A stretch of DNA of 64,000 nucleotides from Bacteroidota bacterium (GTDB taxonomy: Bacteria; Bacteroidota; Bacteroidia; Bacteroidales; JAIFNL01): contig JAIFNL010000049.1 of NCBI GenBank assembly GCA_020047755.1, positions 1,726 through 65,725 on the forward strand, given 5' to 3'. The translations under genes and the position numbers were made by a program. This document shows, piece by piece, positions 48,096 to 57,512 of the stretch; within the stretch, counting starts at the first letter, position 1; every line of letters begins with the position of its first letter. The notes below the pieces were generated by a model that was not told the DNA's origin, ran no database searches, and worked only from the letters and a program-made list of their open reading frames with translations.

Positions 48096-50894
48096 ATGAA
48101 AAATAAATATCTAGTAATTAGCGTTTTAGTATTCATTTCGTTAAATTTAGAAGCACAACATCCATTTAATTTGAAATGGAAAAAAATAAAAACAGATCAT
48201 TTTGAAATCATTTTCCCTGAAGAAATTTCTAACGATGGTCAACGTTTAGCAAATACCTTAGAATTTTTATATTTACCGGTTTCTTCTACTCTTCACAACA
48301 ATCCAAAAAAAATTTCGGTATTTTTAAGTAATCAATCAGTCATTTCAAACGGTTATGTATCCACAATTCCGCGCATGAGCTTATTTTACACTACTCCCAT
48401 GCAAGATGCGACAGTTTTAGGCTCAAGCGACTGGCTACAAACACTTGCAATTCACGAATTTAGACACGTTGTACAAACTGACTTATCCAATAGAAAATTC
48501 ACAAAGCTTGGAAGTATTTTTTATGGTTCACTTGGTCTCACAGGCTTGGCGTATTCCGAACCACTCTGGTATTCAGAAGGAGACGCAGTAATAACGGAAA
48601 CTATGTATTCCGAACTTGGAAGAGGTAGGATACCTGCCTTTACTATGCCAATTAAAGCACAACTGCTGGCTCAAAAAGATTTTAAATACGAGAAAACTTA
48701 TTTAGGTTCTTATAAAAACTACTCGCCCAACCATTATGCTTTAGGCTATTTGCTCGAGCTGCAAATGCGTAACGACTTTGGGAATGATATTTCGTACAGA
48801 GTAATCAATCGAATGGCAAAATATTCCTATTTGCCCTATGCCTTTTCGTTAGCATTAAAAAAAGAAACAGGGCAAAATATTCGACAAATGCACAAAAGTA
48901 CATTTGATAAATACAAAAATGTTTGGCAAAATGAAATTGCTAATATTCAAGAAACCAATAAAATAGAAATTCTAAAGCAGACAAAATTCTGGACAAATTA
49001 TTCTTATCCTCAGTTGGTTGGTTCTTCTATTTTTGCCATTAAAAATGGATTAGCTGATGCTCAGATGCTTATAAAAATAGATAGTTTAGGAAACGAAACA
49101 AAAATAAAAGCAATGGAAGGTGAGAAAATTTCTTCAAATGCTGGAAAAATTGTTTGGTCTGACTTTTCTTCTAACATTAGATGGACTGAAAAGTCATATT
49201 CTAATATCTATATTTACGATACAAAGCAAAGCAAAACAAAGCAACTAACATTTCAAACTCGGTACTTCTCTCCTGCTCTCTCGCCCAATGGAATTTACAT
49301 TGCTTGTGTAGAATTCACTACAAAATCGAAAAGTAATTTGGTAATTTTAAATGCAATTACTGGCAAGGTTTTTAAAATATTTTCGCTACCTACAAGCGAT
49401 TTTATTCGCACACCAACATGGTCAGAAAACGGCGGAAAAATTCTTTTTTTGCATACCTCTGCCAAAGGACAAGCCTTATCCGTAATAGATTTTGCTTCTG
49501 GAAAAATTAAAATGCTTTTGAACTATAATTTTAAAAATATAAGTAATCCGGTATTTTACAACGACAATATCATTTTTAATATGCCCGTAAATGGTAACGA
49601 TATGATTTGTGCGCTTGATACAAACTCAATGAAAATTTATTCGATTGCAACCTCTAAATTCGGAACATTTAATGCTTCTATTTCATTTCAAAATATTATA
49701 TACCAAATATATACAGAAAATGGACACAAAATAGCAATAAGTAAAATAGAAAAAGAAAAATGGCAAGAAGTAATAGAAAAAAGCGATTATAACAAAACAC
49801 TAATCGTAAATATTTTGAAAAGTGAAGACACGTCAAAAATTTTAAGTAAAACTATTTTACCTGATTCTATTTATCAAATTAAAAAATATTCTAAACTGCT
49901 AAATGCCCTAAATATACACGCTTGGGGAATTTATCCTGGTGAAAATGAATACGATTTAACATTGATTTCTAACAACAAACTAAATACCATATCTATTAAC
50001 GCAGGAATACGCTACAAGCTTACAAATCAAAGTTTTAGTAAATATGTCGAAACCCAATTTTCTGCATTATTTCCTATTTTTCATATTGGCGCGACCACAG
50101 AAAACAGAAGCACCTCTTTTTATGAAAATACTCAAAAAAACACTGTAAATTGGAAAGAAAACACAACTATTTTTGGAGCTTATCTTCCGCTAAATTTTTC
50201 AAAGGCAAGTCTTATTCATGGGCTTACAATTGGCTCTAATATTCAGATAATTAATAGAATAGCAATGGAAAGTATTGGAAATTACAACATACGCGAAGGT
50301 TATTTTTCTCCAGTAACAGGATATGCCATTTACCAAATTTATTTACAAAAAGCTAAGCGAGATGTTGCTCCCCGCTTAGGCGCATATTTAAAAACAGTGG
50401 CAAGAAAAACATTTTTAACTCAAACTTATGAAGGATGGCAAAACTTTATTTTAGGAAAAATTTACTTGCCGAGCCCAATAAAACATCATAGTATATTGAT
50501 AGAAGGCGCATTAGAAATTAAGCAAAGTGATATTTCATTATCCAATCAATTTGTTTATCCTCGCGGCTTTGAAATGGGAAATCACGAAAAATTTATAAAA
50601 TTTTCGGCAAATTATCACTTTCCACTTCTCCATCCTGACTTAAATATCTTACAATTAGCTTATATCAAAAGAGTTAGAGCTAACTTATTTTACGATTATG
50701 GATTAGCTGGAAGTATAGAAAATTTCAAGCAAAATACACAAATTTTGCTCCAATCAACTGGTGTAGAAATCTTTTTTGACTTTAACCTATTCAATATTAA
50801 ATACGATTTTAATGCAGGGTTAAGATATTCGTTGCGTTTAAATGATAAAAAAGGATTTTTTGAATTTTTAATGTTTGAAATACCAATAAATTAA
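48096..50894 (+). CDS. Large exported protein: N-terminal HExxH metalloprotease-like region, TolB-like beta-propeller, C-terminal beta-barrel-like region
   Basis: 932-aa ORF with a signal peptide (VLVFISLNLEAQ). LAIHEFRHVVQ carries HExxH. The middle has TolB/WD40-like blades (FSPALSPNGIYIACVEF, RTPTWSENGGKILFLH). The last ~330 aa have an alternating strand pattern suggesting a membrane barrel. No family name can be assigned with confidence. Confidence 0.5.
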   Translation: MKNKYLVISVLVFISLNLEAQHPFNLKWKKIKTDHFEIIFPEEISNDGQRLANTLEFLYLPVSSTLHNNPKKISVFLSNQSVISNGYVSTIPRMSLFYTTPMQDATVLGSSDWLQTLAIHEFRHVVQTDLSNRKFTKLGSIFYGSLGLTGLAYSEPLWYSEGDAVITETMYSELGRGRIPAFTMPIKAQLLAQKDFKYEKTYLGSYKNYSPNHYALGYLLELQMRNDFGNDISYRVINRMAKYSYLPYAFSLALKKETGQNIRQMHKSTFDKYKNVWQNEIANIQETNKIEILKQTKFWTNYSYPQLVGSSIFAIKNGLADAQMLIKIDSLGNETKIKAMEGEKISSNAGKIVWSDFSSNIRWTEKSYSNIYIYDTKQSKTKQLTFQTRYFSPALSPNGIYIACVEFTTKSKSNLVILNAITGKVFKIFSLPTSDFIRTPTWSENGGKILFLHTSAKGQALSVIDFASGKIKMLLNYNFKNISNPVFYNDNIIFNMPVNGNDMICALDTNSMKIYSIATSKFGTFNASISFQNIIYQIYTENGHKIAISKIEKEKWQEVIEKSDYNKTLIVNILKSEDTSKILSKTILPDSIYQIKKYSKLLNALNIHAWGIYPGENEYDLTLISNNKLNTISINAGIRYKLTNQSFSKYVETQFSALFPIFHIGATTENRSTSFYENTQKNTVNWKENTTIFGAYLPLNFSKASLIHGLTIGSNIQIINRIAMESIGNYNIREGYFSPVTGYAIYQIYLQKAKRDVAPRLGAYLKTVARKTFLTQTYEGWQNFILGKIYLPSPIKHHSILIEGALEIKQSDISLSNQFVYPRGFEMGNHEKFIKFSANYHFPLLHPDLNILQLAYIKRVRANLFYDYGLAGSIENFKQNTQILLQSTGVEIFFDFNLFNIKYDFNAGLRYSLRLNDKKGFFEFLMFEIPIN

Positions 50895-50945
50895 TTTGCG
50901 TATCTAATTTTTTCTCAAATCAAAACAAAATATTATTTTTGCTGC

Positions 50946-52022
50946 ATGATAGAAAATCAACATAATCCGCACGACAAATTTTTCAAGGAAATTTTCACAC
51001 GAAAGCAAGAAGCACAAGCTTTTATAAAAGGATTTTTGCCAAAAGAAATAGTTGATAACTTAATTTTGGAAAATTTAGAACTTGACACAAATTCGTATAT
51101 TGATGAAACTCTGCAAGATAGTTTTGCCGATATTGTGTATAATTGTTCATTTTCAAAGCAAAAAATTAAAATCTCTTTCCTTTTTGAGCATAAAACATAT
51201 CAGGATAAAAATATTTACCTGCAAATTTTACGTTACATGCTCAATATATGGGAAAAAGAACGAAAAAATAAGCAAAAAAAGCTTACCCCAATTCTACCCA
51301 TTGTTATTTACCATGGTAGAAAAAAATGGCGATTAAAATCATTTTTCGATGATTTTGAAAAATTACCCAATAATTTTTCAAATTTCATCCCTAATTTTGA
51401 CTATTTTTTGCAAGATTTGCATCTAGCAAGCGAACAAGAACTAACAGAAAAATACGAGTCAATTGTCTTGCAAACAAGTTTTTTGCTAATGAAAAATATA
51501 TTTGATAAATTGGCTCTTAAACAAAGAATTATACCTATATTTGAGAAAATTTACAACTCAAATATAATCTTAACGGATAGAAATGTAATTTCTACTCTAT
51601 ATTTTTATTTATTTTATACTAATTCAGAAGATGAATTCGTTGAATTAACAAAGCAAATAAAACAAATTCCAAATACCGAAAAAGATATGATTTCAATGGC
51701 AGAAGTTTTGATTAGTAAAGGCATTAAAAAAGGCGAAGAACTCGGCATCAAGAAAGGCGAAGAACTCGGCATTAAAAAAGGCGAAGAACTCGGCATTAAA
51801 AAAGGCGAAGAACTCGGCATTAAAAAAGGCGAGGAACTCGGCATCAAGAAAGGCGAAGAACTCGGCATTAAAAAAGGCTTGCATCGTACTGCCTGCGTTA
51901 TGTTGCTCGAAGAATTTGATGTGGACACAATCATGAAAATAACAAAGCTAAGCAGAGAAACAATAGCAGAACTAAAACAACTTGTTGAAAAACAAGGTGC
52001 TGATGTGTTAAATATGTTTTAA
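50946..52022 (+). CDS. Rpn-family (YhgA-like, PD-(D/E)XK) recombination-promoting nuclease/putative transposase with an expanded C-terminal GIKKGEEL repeat
   Basis: 358-aa ORF. N-terminal HDKFFKEIF motif, then DIVY...FLFEHKTY (PD-(D/E)XK-like D...E.K) and PIVIYHG, all typical of this family. The C-terminus carries six perfect GIKKGEEL units plus a seventh partial unit, then a helical tail. Confidence 0.85.
   Translation: MIENQHNPHDKFFKEIFTRKQEAQAFIKGFLPKEIVDNLILENLELDTNSYIDETLQDSFADIVYNCSFSKQKIKISFLFEHKTYQDKNIYLQILRYMLNIWEKERKNKQKKLTPILPIVIYHGRKKWRLKSFFDDFEKLPNNFSNFIPNFDYFLQDLHLASEQELTEKYESIVLQTSFLLMKNIFDKLALKQRIIPIFEKIYNSNIILTDRNVISTLYFYLFYTNSEDEFVELTKQIKQIPNTEKDMISMAEVLISKGIKKGEELGIKKGEELGIKKGEELGIKKGEELGIKKGEELGIKKGEELGIKKGLHRTACVMLLEEFDVDTIMKITKLSRETIAELKQLVEKQGADVLNMF
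51720..51878 (+). repeat. In-frame 24-bp tandem repeat, 6 full units plus a partial seventh
   Basis: Unit GGCAT(T/C)AA(A/G)AAAGGCGA(A/G)GAACTC starts at 51720, 51744, 51768, 51792, 51816 and 51840, with a partial unit at 51864. All inter-unit differences are synonymous. Confidence 0.95.
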
Positions 52023-52047
52023 GCTGCCTGCAAATACCGAAAAAGAT

Positions 52048-52311
52048 ATGATTTCAATGGCAGAAGTTTTGATTAGTAAAGGCATTAAAAAAGGCGAGGA
52101 ACTCGGCATCAAAAAAGGAGAAGAACTTGGCATTAAAAAAGGCGAGGAACTCGGCATCAAAAAGGGCTTGCATCGCACTGCCTGCGTTATGTTGCTCGAA
52201 GAATTTGATGTGGACACAATCATGAAAGTAACAAAACTAAGCAGTGAAACAATAGCAGAACTAAAACAACTTGTTGAAAAACAAGGTGCTGACGTATTAA
52301 ATATGTTTTAA
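52048..52311 (+). pseudogene. Orphan C-terminal fragment of an Rpn-family gene (duplicate copy, 3 repeat units)
   Basis: The 87-aa ORF MISMAEVLISKGIKKGEEL(x3)GIKKGLHRTACVMLLEEFDVDTIMKVTKLSSETIAELKQLVEKQGADVLNMF equals the last ~110 aa of the upstream gene minus 3 repeat units. It lacks the nuclease domain. I cannot tell whether it is expressed. Confidence 0.7.
52081..52167 (+). repeat. Second copy of the 24-bp in-frame tandem repeat, 3 full units plus a partial unit
   Basis: Units start at 52081, 52105 and 52129, with a partial unit at 52153. Same consensus as 51720-51878, with synonymous variants (GGA, CTT). Confidence 0.9.
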
Positions 52312-52328
52312 ACATTCTTTTTAAATTT

Positions 52329-52379
52329 CAAACAAAAACCACGAACTTAAATTTATTTAAAGTTTGTGGTTTTTGTTTT
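52329..52379 (+). terminator. Long hairpin terminator after the duplicated Rpn fragment
   Basis: AAACAAAAACCACGAACTT / AAGTTTGTGGTTTTTGTTT forms a ~19-bp stem (one G-U pair) with an 11-nt AT loop, running into a T-rich tail. The GTG at 52366 used by the ORF track for parC lies inside this hairpin. Confidence 0.7.
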
Positions 52380-52443
52380 TTTAGCAAAGATAAAATTTGT
52401 ATTTTCGCAGGCTGAAAATTTTAACAAAATACGGAAAAATATA

Positions 52444-55062
52444 ATGGCAGACGAACATTTTAACGACGACGAAAATATAGAAATAACAGAAGATCAACAA
52501 CATGACAGTAAATCAGATTTACATCATGTAAAAAATATTTCTGGAATGTACAAAAACTGGTTCTTAGATTACGCCTCTTACGTAATTTTAGAACGTGCAG
52601 TGCCGCATGTCTCCGATGGATTAAAACCTGTACAGCGCCGTATTTTGCATTCAATGAAGCGAATGGACGATGGCAGGTACAATAAAGTTGCAAATATTAT
52701 AGGGCATACCATGCAATTTCACCCTCACGGAGACGCCTCCATTGGCGATGCGCTTGTGAACTTGGGACAAAAAGAATTGCTTATCGATATGCAAGGAAAC
52801 TGGGGAAATATTCTCACAGGCGACAATGCTGCCGCACCGCGTTACATTGAAGCACGATTATCAAAATTTGCACTCGATGTACTTTTCAATCCAAAAACAA
52901 CTATTTGGAAACTTTCATACGATGGTAGAAATAATGAACCCGTAAATTTACCGGCAAAATTCCCTCTACTTTTGGCACAAGGTGTAGAAGGTATTGCAGT
53001 AGGACTGGCTTCAAAAATATTGCCGCATAATTTCAACGAACTAATCGACGCTTCCATTGCTCATCTAAAAGGTGCTGATTTTGAGATTTATCCCGATTTT
53101 CAAACAGCAGGTTTTGCCGATGTTTCGAAGTACAACGATGGGTTACGTGGTGGAAGAGTGCGCGTTAGAGCCAAAATTATAAAAGAAGATAAAAAAACAC
53201 TCAAAATTATAGATATTCCTTTCGGAAAAACAACCGGAAGCCTTATAGAATCTATCATTGCTGCAAGTGATAAAGGAAAAATTAAGATTAGAAAAATAGA
53301 CGACAATACGGCTGAAAATGTAGAAATTTTGGTGCATTTAATACCTGGAACTTCACCAGATATGGCTATTGATGCGCTTTATGCTTTTACCGATTGCGAA
53401 ATTTCTATATCGCCCAATGCTTGCATCATTGACGATGACAAGCCCTATTTTATTGGCGTAAAAGAGATTTTAAGAATTTCGGCAAATAATACCAAACAAC
53501 TTTTAAAAAGAGAACTCGAAATTCGCAAATTTGAGCTCGCCGAAGCTTGGCACAATACTTCGCTCGAAAAAATATTTATCGAAAATAGAATTTACAACGA
53601 CATTGAAGACTGCGAAACATGGGAAGCAATTATAGAGACCATTGACCAAGGACTTGAACCCTTCAAACCAACTCTAAACAGGGAAGTTACAGAGGAAGAT
53701 ATCGCTCGATTGACAGAAATTAAAATTAAACGAATTTCGCGCTTCGATGCTTTCAAAGCCGATGAAAGTTTAAAAAGAATAGAAGACGAAATTAGAGAAG
53801 TAGATTATCATTTGAATCATTTGACTCAATACGCAGTTGATTTTTACCAAAAAATACAAAATAAATACGGAGAAGGTAAAGAAAGGCGCACAGAATTGCG
53901 CAATTTTGACGTAATTGAAGCCACTGTAGTAGTAGCTGCCAACGAAAAATTGTACGTAAACAGAAAAGAAGGTTTTGCCGGAACGGGTTTGAAAAAAGAC
54001 GAATATATCTGCGATTGCTCTGATATAGATGACATTATAGCTTTCAGGCGCGATGGAACTTACATAATAAGCAAAATAGCCGATAAGGTTTTTGTTGGAA
54101 AAGACATAATCCACATCGATGTATTTAAGAAAAATGACGAGCGAACTATTTACAATGCTGTGTATTTAGATGGAAGTACAGGAAATACTAACGTAAAACG
54201 TTTTTTTGTAAAAGGAACAACTCGCGACAAAGAATATAATTTAACGCAAGGGACTGCAAATTCAAAAGTACTCTATTTTACTGCAAATCCGAATGGAGAA
54301 GCAGAAACTATAAAAGTGAGTTTGAAACCCAAACCACGAATTAAGAGTTTGAATTTTGAATTTAATTTTTCGGAAATAGCCATAAAAGGGCGTGCTTCGA
54401 TAGGAAATATACTCACAAAACATGCTGTTCATAAAATTATTCTCAAAGAAAGTGGAATTTCGACACTTGGAGGGCGCAAAATTTGGTTTGATAGTACAGT
54501 TTTAAGGCTTAATACTGAAGACAGAGGCGATTATTTAGGCGAATTTAAAGGAAGCGACAAAATTTTGGTCTTCTACGAAGATGGAACTTACCATTTAACC
54601 GGATTTGAGCTAACCAATCGCTTTGAAACTGGCATTATAAAAATAGAAAAATTCAAAATAGGTAAAGTTTTCACTCTTGCCTTTTACGATGGCGAGCAAG
54701 AGTTTTATTATCTAAAAAGATTTGAAATAGAGGAAAGTGATAAACCTCAATCAATTATTGGCGACCACTCAAATTCAAAATTCGTACACTTGAGCGATGA
54801 TAAATTTGCCCGCATAAAAGTTAAATTTGGTGGTGCAGATAGGCATAAAGAAGAACTAATTGTAGATTGCACTAATTTTATTGGCGTGAAATCGCACAAA
54901 GCACGTGGCAAACGCATTGCCAACCACAAAATAGCTGAAATAATTGGTTTAGAGCCAATTATAACAGAAGAACAAGTGCTTTCATTCAACGAAGAAATGA
55001 AAGATTTTTTGATAGAACGCCCCGATGATGAAAATATAGAACAAGGAAATTTATTTGATTAA
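52444..55062 (+). CDS. parC: DNA topoisomerase IV subunit A (type IIA topoisomerase A subunit)
   Basis: Start moved to ATG 52444 (MADEHFNDDEN). ISGMYKNWFLDYASYVILERAVPHVSDGLKPVQRRILHSM is the Bacteroidota ParC-type N-terminus; GyrA would read ...YAMSVI.SRALPD.RDGLKPVHRR. Active-site Tyr in AAPRYIEARL. No GyrA-box (QRRGGKG) seen in the C-terminal domain. Confidence 0.88.
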   Translation: MADEHFNDDENIEITEDQQHDSKSDLHHVKNISGMYKNWFLDYASYVILERAVPHVSDGLKPVQRRILHSMKRMDDGRYNKVANIIGHTMQFHPHGDASIGDALVNLGQKELLIDMQGNWGNILTGDNAAAPRYIEARLSKFALDVLFNPKTTIWKLSYDGRNNEPVNLPAKFPLLLAQGVEGIAVGLASKILPHNFNELIDASIAHLKGADFEIYPDFQTAGFADVSKYNDGLRGGRVRVRAKIIKEDKKTLKIIDIPFGKTTGSLIESIIAASDKGKIKIRKIDDNTAENVEILVHLIPGTSPDMAIDALYAFTDCEISISPNACIIDDDKPYFIGVKEILRISANNTKQLLKRELEIRKFELAEAWHNTSLEKIFIENRIYNDIEDCETWEAIIETIDQGLEPFKPTLNREVTEEDIARLTEIKIKRISRFDAFKADESLKRIEDEIREVDYHLNHLTQYAVDFYQKIQNKYGEGKERRTELRNFDVIEATVVVAANEKLYVNRKEGFAGTGLKKDEYICDCSDIDDIIAFRRDGTYIISKIADKVFVGKDIIHIDVFKKNDERTIYNAVYLDGSTGNTNVKRFFVKGTTRDKEYNLTQGTANSKVLYFTANPNGEAETIKVSLKPKPRIKSLNFEFNFSEIAIKGRASIGNILTKHAVHKIILKESGISTLGGRKIWFDSTVLRLNTEDRGDYLGEFKGSDKILVFYEDGTYHLTGFELTNRFETGIIKIEKFKIGKVFTLAFYDGEQEFYYLKRFEIEESDKPQSIIGDHSNSKFVHLSDDKFARIKVKFGGADRHKEELIVDCTNFIGVKSHKARGKRIANHKIAEIIGLEPIITEEQVLSFNEEMKDFLIERPDDENIEQGNLFD

Positions 55063-55065
55063 ACT

Positions 55066-55098
55066 AAAAGCGAGCAAAATTTTGCTCGCTTTTTCTTT
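55066..55098. terminator. Bidirectional terminator between the convergent parC and S46 peptidase genes
   Basis: AAAAGCGAGCAAAA / TTTTGCTCGCTTTT is a perfect palindrome (GCGAGC/GCTCGC core) flanked by an A-run upstream and a T-run downstream. Confidence 0.8.
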
Positions 55099-55109
55099 TC
55101 AAAAGAGCA

Positions 55110-57305
55110 TCAAAAAATTGTCATTTCTTTTATTAAACTCGATTTTTCGCCATATTTTTCTATAATAAATAAAATAAAACGAATGTCTAAAACAATAGTT
55201 CTACATTTTTGTGGATTATAAATAATATCGCTCATTACTCCTTCCGCATTTCTATCTATCACTAAACCAATTAGTTCGCCATAAGCATTAAAAACAGGAG
55301 CACCCGAGTTTCCGGCTGAAGTATGCAAATCGGTCAGAAAAGCCACTGGCATGTCGCCATTTTGGTCGGCATAATCGCCAAAATCTTTTTGGCTATTTAA
55401 TTTGTATAATTTTTCGGGTATTTTGTAGTCTGAATTATCTGACAAATAAGCTCTTACCGATTTTTGAATAAAACCCTTGAGCGTAGTATAATATTTGTAA
55501 TTTACCGCATCTGACCCAGCGTATGATTTTACTTTTCCATACGAAATACGCATAGTTCCATTAGCATCGGGGTAAATATCTACTTCCTTATTCATCTGTC
55601 GCAACCCACCTATATACTTGCGATTCAAGATGTTAATCTGTTCCAAAATTTCAAAATACTCTGGTCTTATTTCTTTCCATTCTTCGATACTAAATTCCTT
55701 ATAAATTTGAAAAATAGGATCATCCCTTAATTCTCCGGCTATAGCTGGGTCAAAACGCACTAAGTAAGAGCCTAGTTTTTTGGGTTTTGCAATCATAGAT
55801 TGCGCATAAACAGAATCGACAAAAATATCAATATTTCCATTGAACTCCTTTCTTATTCGTTTAAAAAATTTGGGGTGAAAAGACTCGTCAATACTATCAC
55901 GGTACAATTTAAGAAAAGCCGTTAATATCTGTTTATCAACTGTTTCATCATAATCATTCATTATAATTTTGCCTTCTTCGCGAAGCTGTCCGGTGGCTCT
56001 ACCCAAAATAAAAGCTCGTTCGTGAACAGGAAAATTATACGACGAAATTTCTAAAAGTCCCTGAAGTTTTTTGGCATACCGAAGTAAATCAACAGATGCT
56101 AAAATTTCATTGATATACTCCAAAGCAAGCCGATGTTGTGTAATTTTACGATAAAGTTGGTCATAATTATCCATCAGGTTTTTAAATTCCTCCTCTGTCG
56201 TTGGATTTGTTTTTGTCCATTTCATAAAATCAAGCTCTTGCGCCTTTTTTTTATTAATTGCCTGATAATCAATTAATCCTTGATTTTGATAAATGGCTTT
56301 TTTCCAGAAAGCGTCCCAAATAGAGTAATTAAGGTTGTATTTCTGGCTAATAATTACACTGGTATCCATCGCACTTTTCATAATATTCAGCTTTGTTTTG
56401 CGCAAATTGGCTTTGTGTGCATTGAGCTTATCTATCAGAAGCTCAAGCCCGTAAGAAGTTTCATGCACTTCCGTTTTGTTAGGAAAACCAAGAGTCATCA
56501 CAAAATCATTTTCCTTGACTCCTTTAAGTGAAATTTGAGCGTGATCAGTGGGCTGATAAGGAATATTGAATTTTTCATAGCCCACAGATTTGTTGGTTTT
56601 TCTATCTACATAAATCCGAAAAAGCCCAAAATCGCCTGAATGACGAGGCCATTTCCAAGTGTCGGTTGTTCCACCAAAAGCTCCAATAGAAAGTGGCGGC
56701 ACTCCCACCAAACGAATATCGTCAAAAACTTCTTCTACAAAAAGATAGTATTCTGTTCCATAAAAAAAAGGTTTCACAACAGCTTCGTAATCAGTATTTT
56801 GAACTGCACTATTTGCCAAAAGTTCCATTTTTCGGGCTATAATTTTATTGCGTTCAGCTTCTGTTGCATCTTTAGGAATATCCTTCAAAACTTGGTCGGT
56901 AACTCGTTCCATTCTAACCAAAAATCGCACGGAAAGCCCTGGAACAGGCAGTTCGTAAGAAGTCAATTCAGCCCAAAATCCATTTTGCAAATAATCAACT
57001 TGGCAGGTTTTGCACTCGCTAAGTAATGTTACTGCACTGTAACTACATTGATGTGAGGTAATTATCAAGCCTTCGGAAGAAATAAGAGTTGCACTACAAT
57101 CGCCACCAAAAATCATAACTAGATCTTTTAAGCTCGAATTATTGATACTATAAATATCTTCGGCACTGAGCTTTAGTCCTTTTTTTTGCATATCTTCTAT
57201 ATTTTTTCCCAGCAAAAGAGGAATCCACATACCTTCATCAGCAAAAGAAGGTTTTATTACAAGAAAAAGCAACAATAAAAGCGTAATTTTTTTTTTCATA
57301 ATCAA
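55110..57305 (-). CDS. S46-family dipeptidyl-peptidase (DPP7/DPP11 type)
   Basis: 731-aa ORF with a signal peptide. It has the hallmark mature N-terminus ADEGMWIP. His region LIITSHQCSY. Ser region DLHTSAGNSGAPVFNAYGELIGL. A long helical insertion splits the chymotrypsin fold, as in S46. Confidence 0.9.
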   Translation of the reverse strand: MIMKKKITLLLLLFLVIKPSFADEGMWIPLLLGKNIEDMQKKGLKLSAEDIYSINNSSLKDLVMIFGGDCSATLISSEGLIITSHQCSYSAVTLLSECKTCQVDYLQNGFWAELTSYELPVPGLSVRFLVRMERVTDQVLKDIPKDATEAERNKIIARKMELLANSAVQNTDYEAVVKPFFYGTEYYLFVEEVFDDIRLVGVPPLSIGAFGGTTDTWKWPRHSGDFGLFRIYVDRKTNKSVGYEKFNIPYQPTDHAQISLKGVKENDFVMTLGFPNKTEVHETSYGLELLIDKLNAHKANLRKTKLNIMKSAMDTSVIISQKYNLNYSIWDAFWKKAIYQNQGLIDYQAINKKKAQELDFMKWTKTNPTTEEEFKNLMDNYDQLYRKITQHRLALEYINEILASVDLLRYAKKLQGLLEISSYNFPVHERAFILGRATGQLREEGKIIMNDYDETVDKQILTAFLKLYRDSIDESFHPKFFKRIRKEFNGNIDIFVDSVYAQSMIAKPKKLGSYLVRFDPAIAGELRDDPIFQIYKEFSIEEWKEIRPEYFEILEQINILNRKYIGGLRQMNKEVDIYPDANGTMRISYGKVKSYAGSDAVNYKYYTTLKGFIQKSVRAYLSDNSDYKIPEKLYKLNSQKDFGDYADQNGDMPVAFLTDLHTSAGNSGAPVFNAYGELIGLVIDRNAEGVMSDIIYNPQKCRTIVLDIRFILFIIEKYGEKSSLIKEMTIF

Positions 57306-57512
57306 AATTTTGTGTATATTATTATAAAAAAAAGATATATATATTTATATTAAAATAGAAAATGCTATTCTAAAATATAAACATACTGTTCAAGGTAATA
57401 ATTTGCGTTTTCATTCATAATCAAGTCATTGGAAATTAATTAGAATTAGCACTCCATCACACTAATTAATTAGCTAATCATATATAGTGTTTGAAAGAAA
57501 ACAACGCAAAAT

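Larger units (their letters stand above)
51670..52311 (+). repeat. Tandem segmental duplication of the 3' end of the Rpn-family gene
   Basis: 51670-52022 (353 bp) and 52031-52311 (281 bp) are collinear and near-identical apart from the repeat count (6 versus 3 full 24-bp units). I count about 5 substitutions in the ~145-bp unique tail. The copies are separated by 8 bp (GCTGCCTG). Both copies end at the same TAA. Confidence 0.9.

Noticed and set aside
51720-52167. Possibility that the 24-bp repeats form a CRISPR array.
   Set aside because: The units are directly abutting with no spacers, are in frame within a CDS, and encode a perfect peptide repeat. No cas genes or leader are present.
51614-52223. 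Minus-strand ORFs (51614-51934, 51693-51884, 52008-52223) encoding (PFLMPSSS)n or (FFAFFNAE)n repeats.
   Set aside because: They are antisense or off-frame shadows of the 24-bp coding repeat in the Rpn-family gene. The plus-strand frame is continuous with a recognisable nuclease domain, and the shadows have no start context or homology logic.
50946-52311. Calling the Rpn-family 'putative transposase' locus a mobile element.
   Set aside because: I could not find terminal inverted repeats, target-site duplications or an integrase/transposase of a defined IS family. Rpn/YhgA-like genes are usually stand-alone chromosomal nucleases.
52366-52443. GTG-initiated 26-codon extension of parC in the ORF track.
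   Set aside because: The GTG sits inside the strong terminator hairpin of the upstream gene. ATG 52444 (MADEHF...) is the first plausible start.
57434-57478. AATTAATTAG direct repeat (57434 and 57464), the palindrome CTAATTAATTAG, and the ATTAGC/GCTAAT dyad upstream of the S46 gene as an operator.
   Set aside because: This is pure A/T low-complexity sequence in a very AT-rich spacer. Such short palindromes are expected by chance, and there is no supporting regulator nearby.
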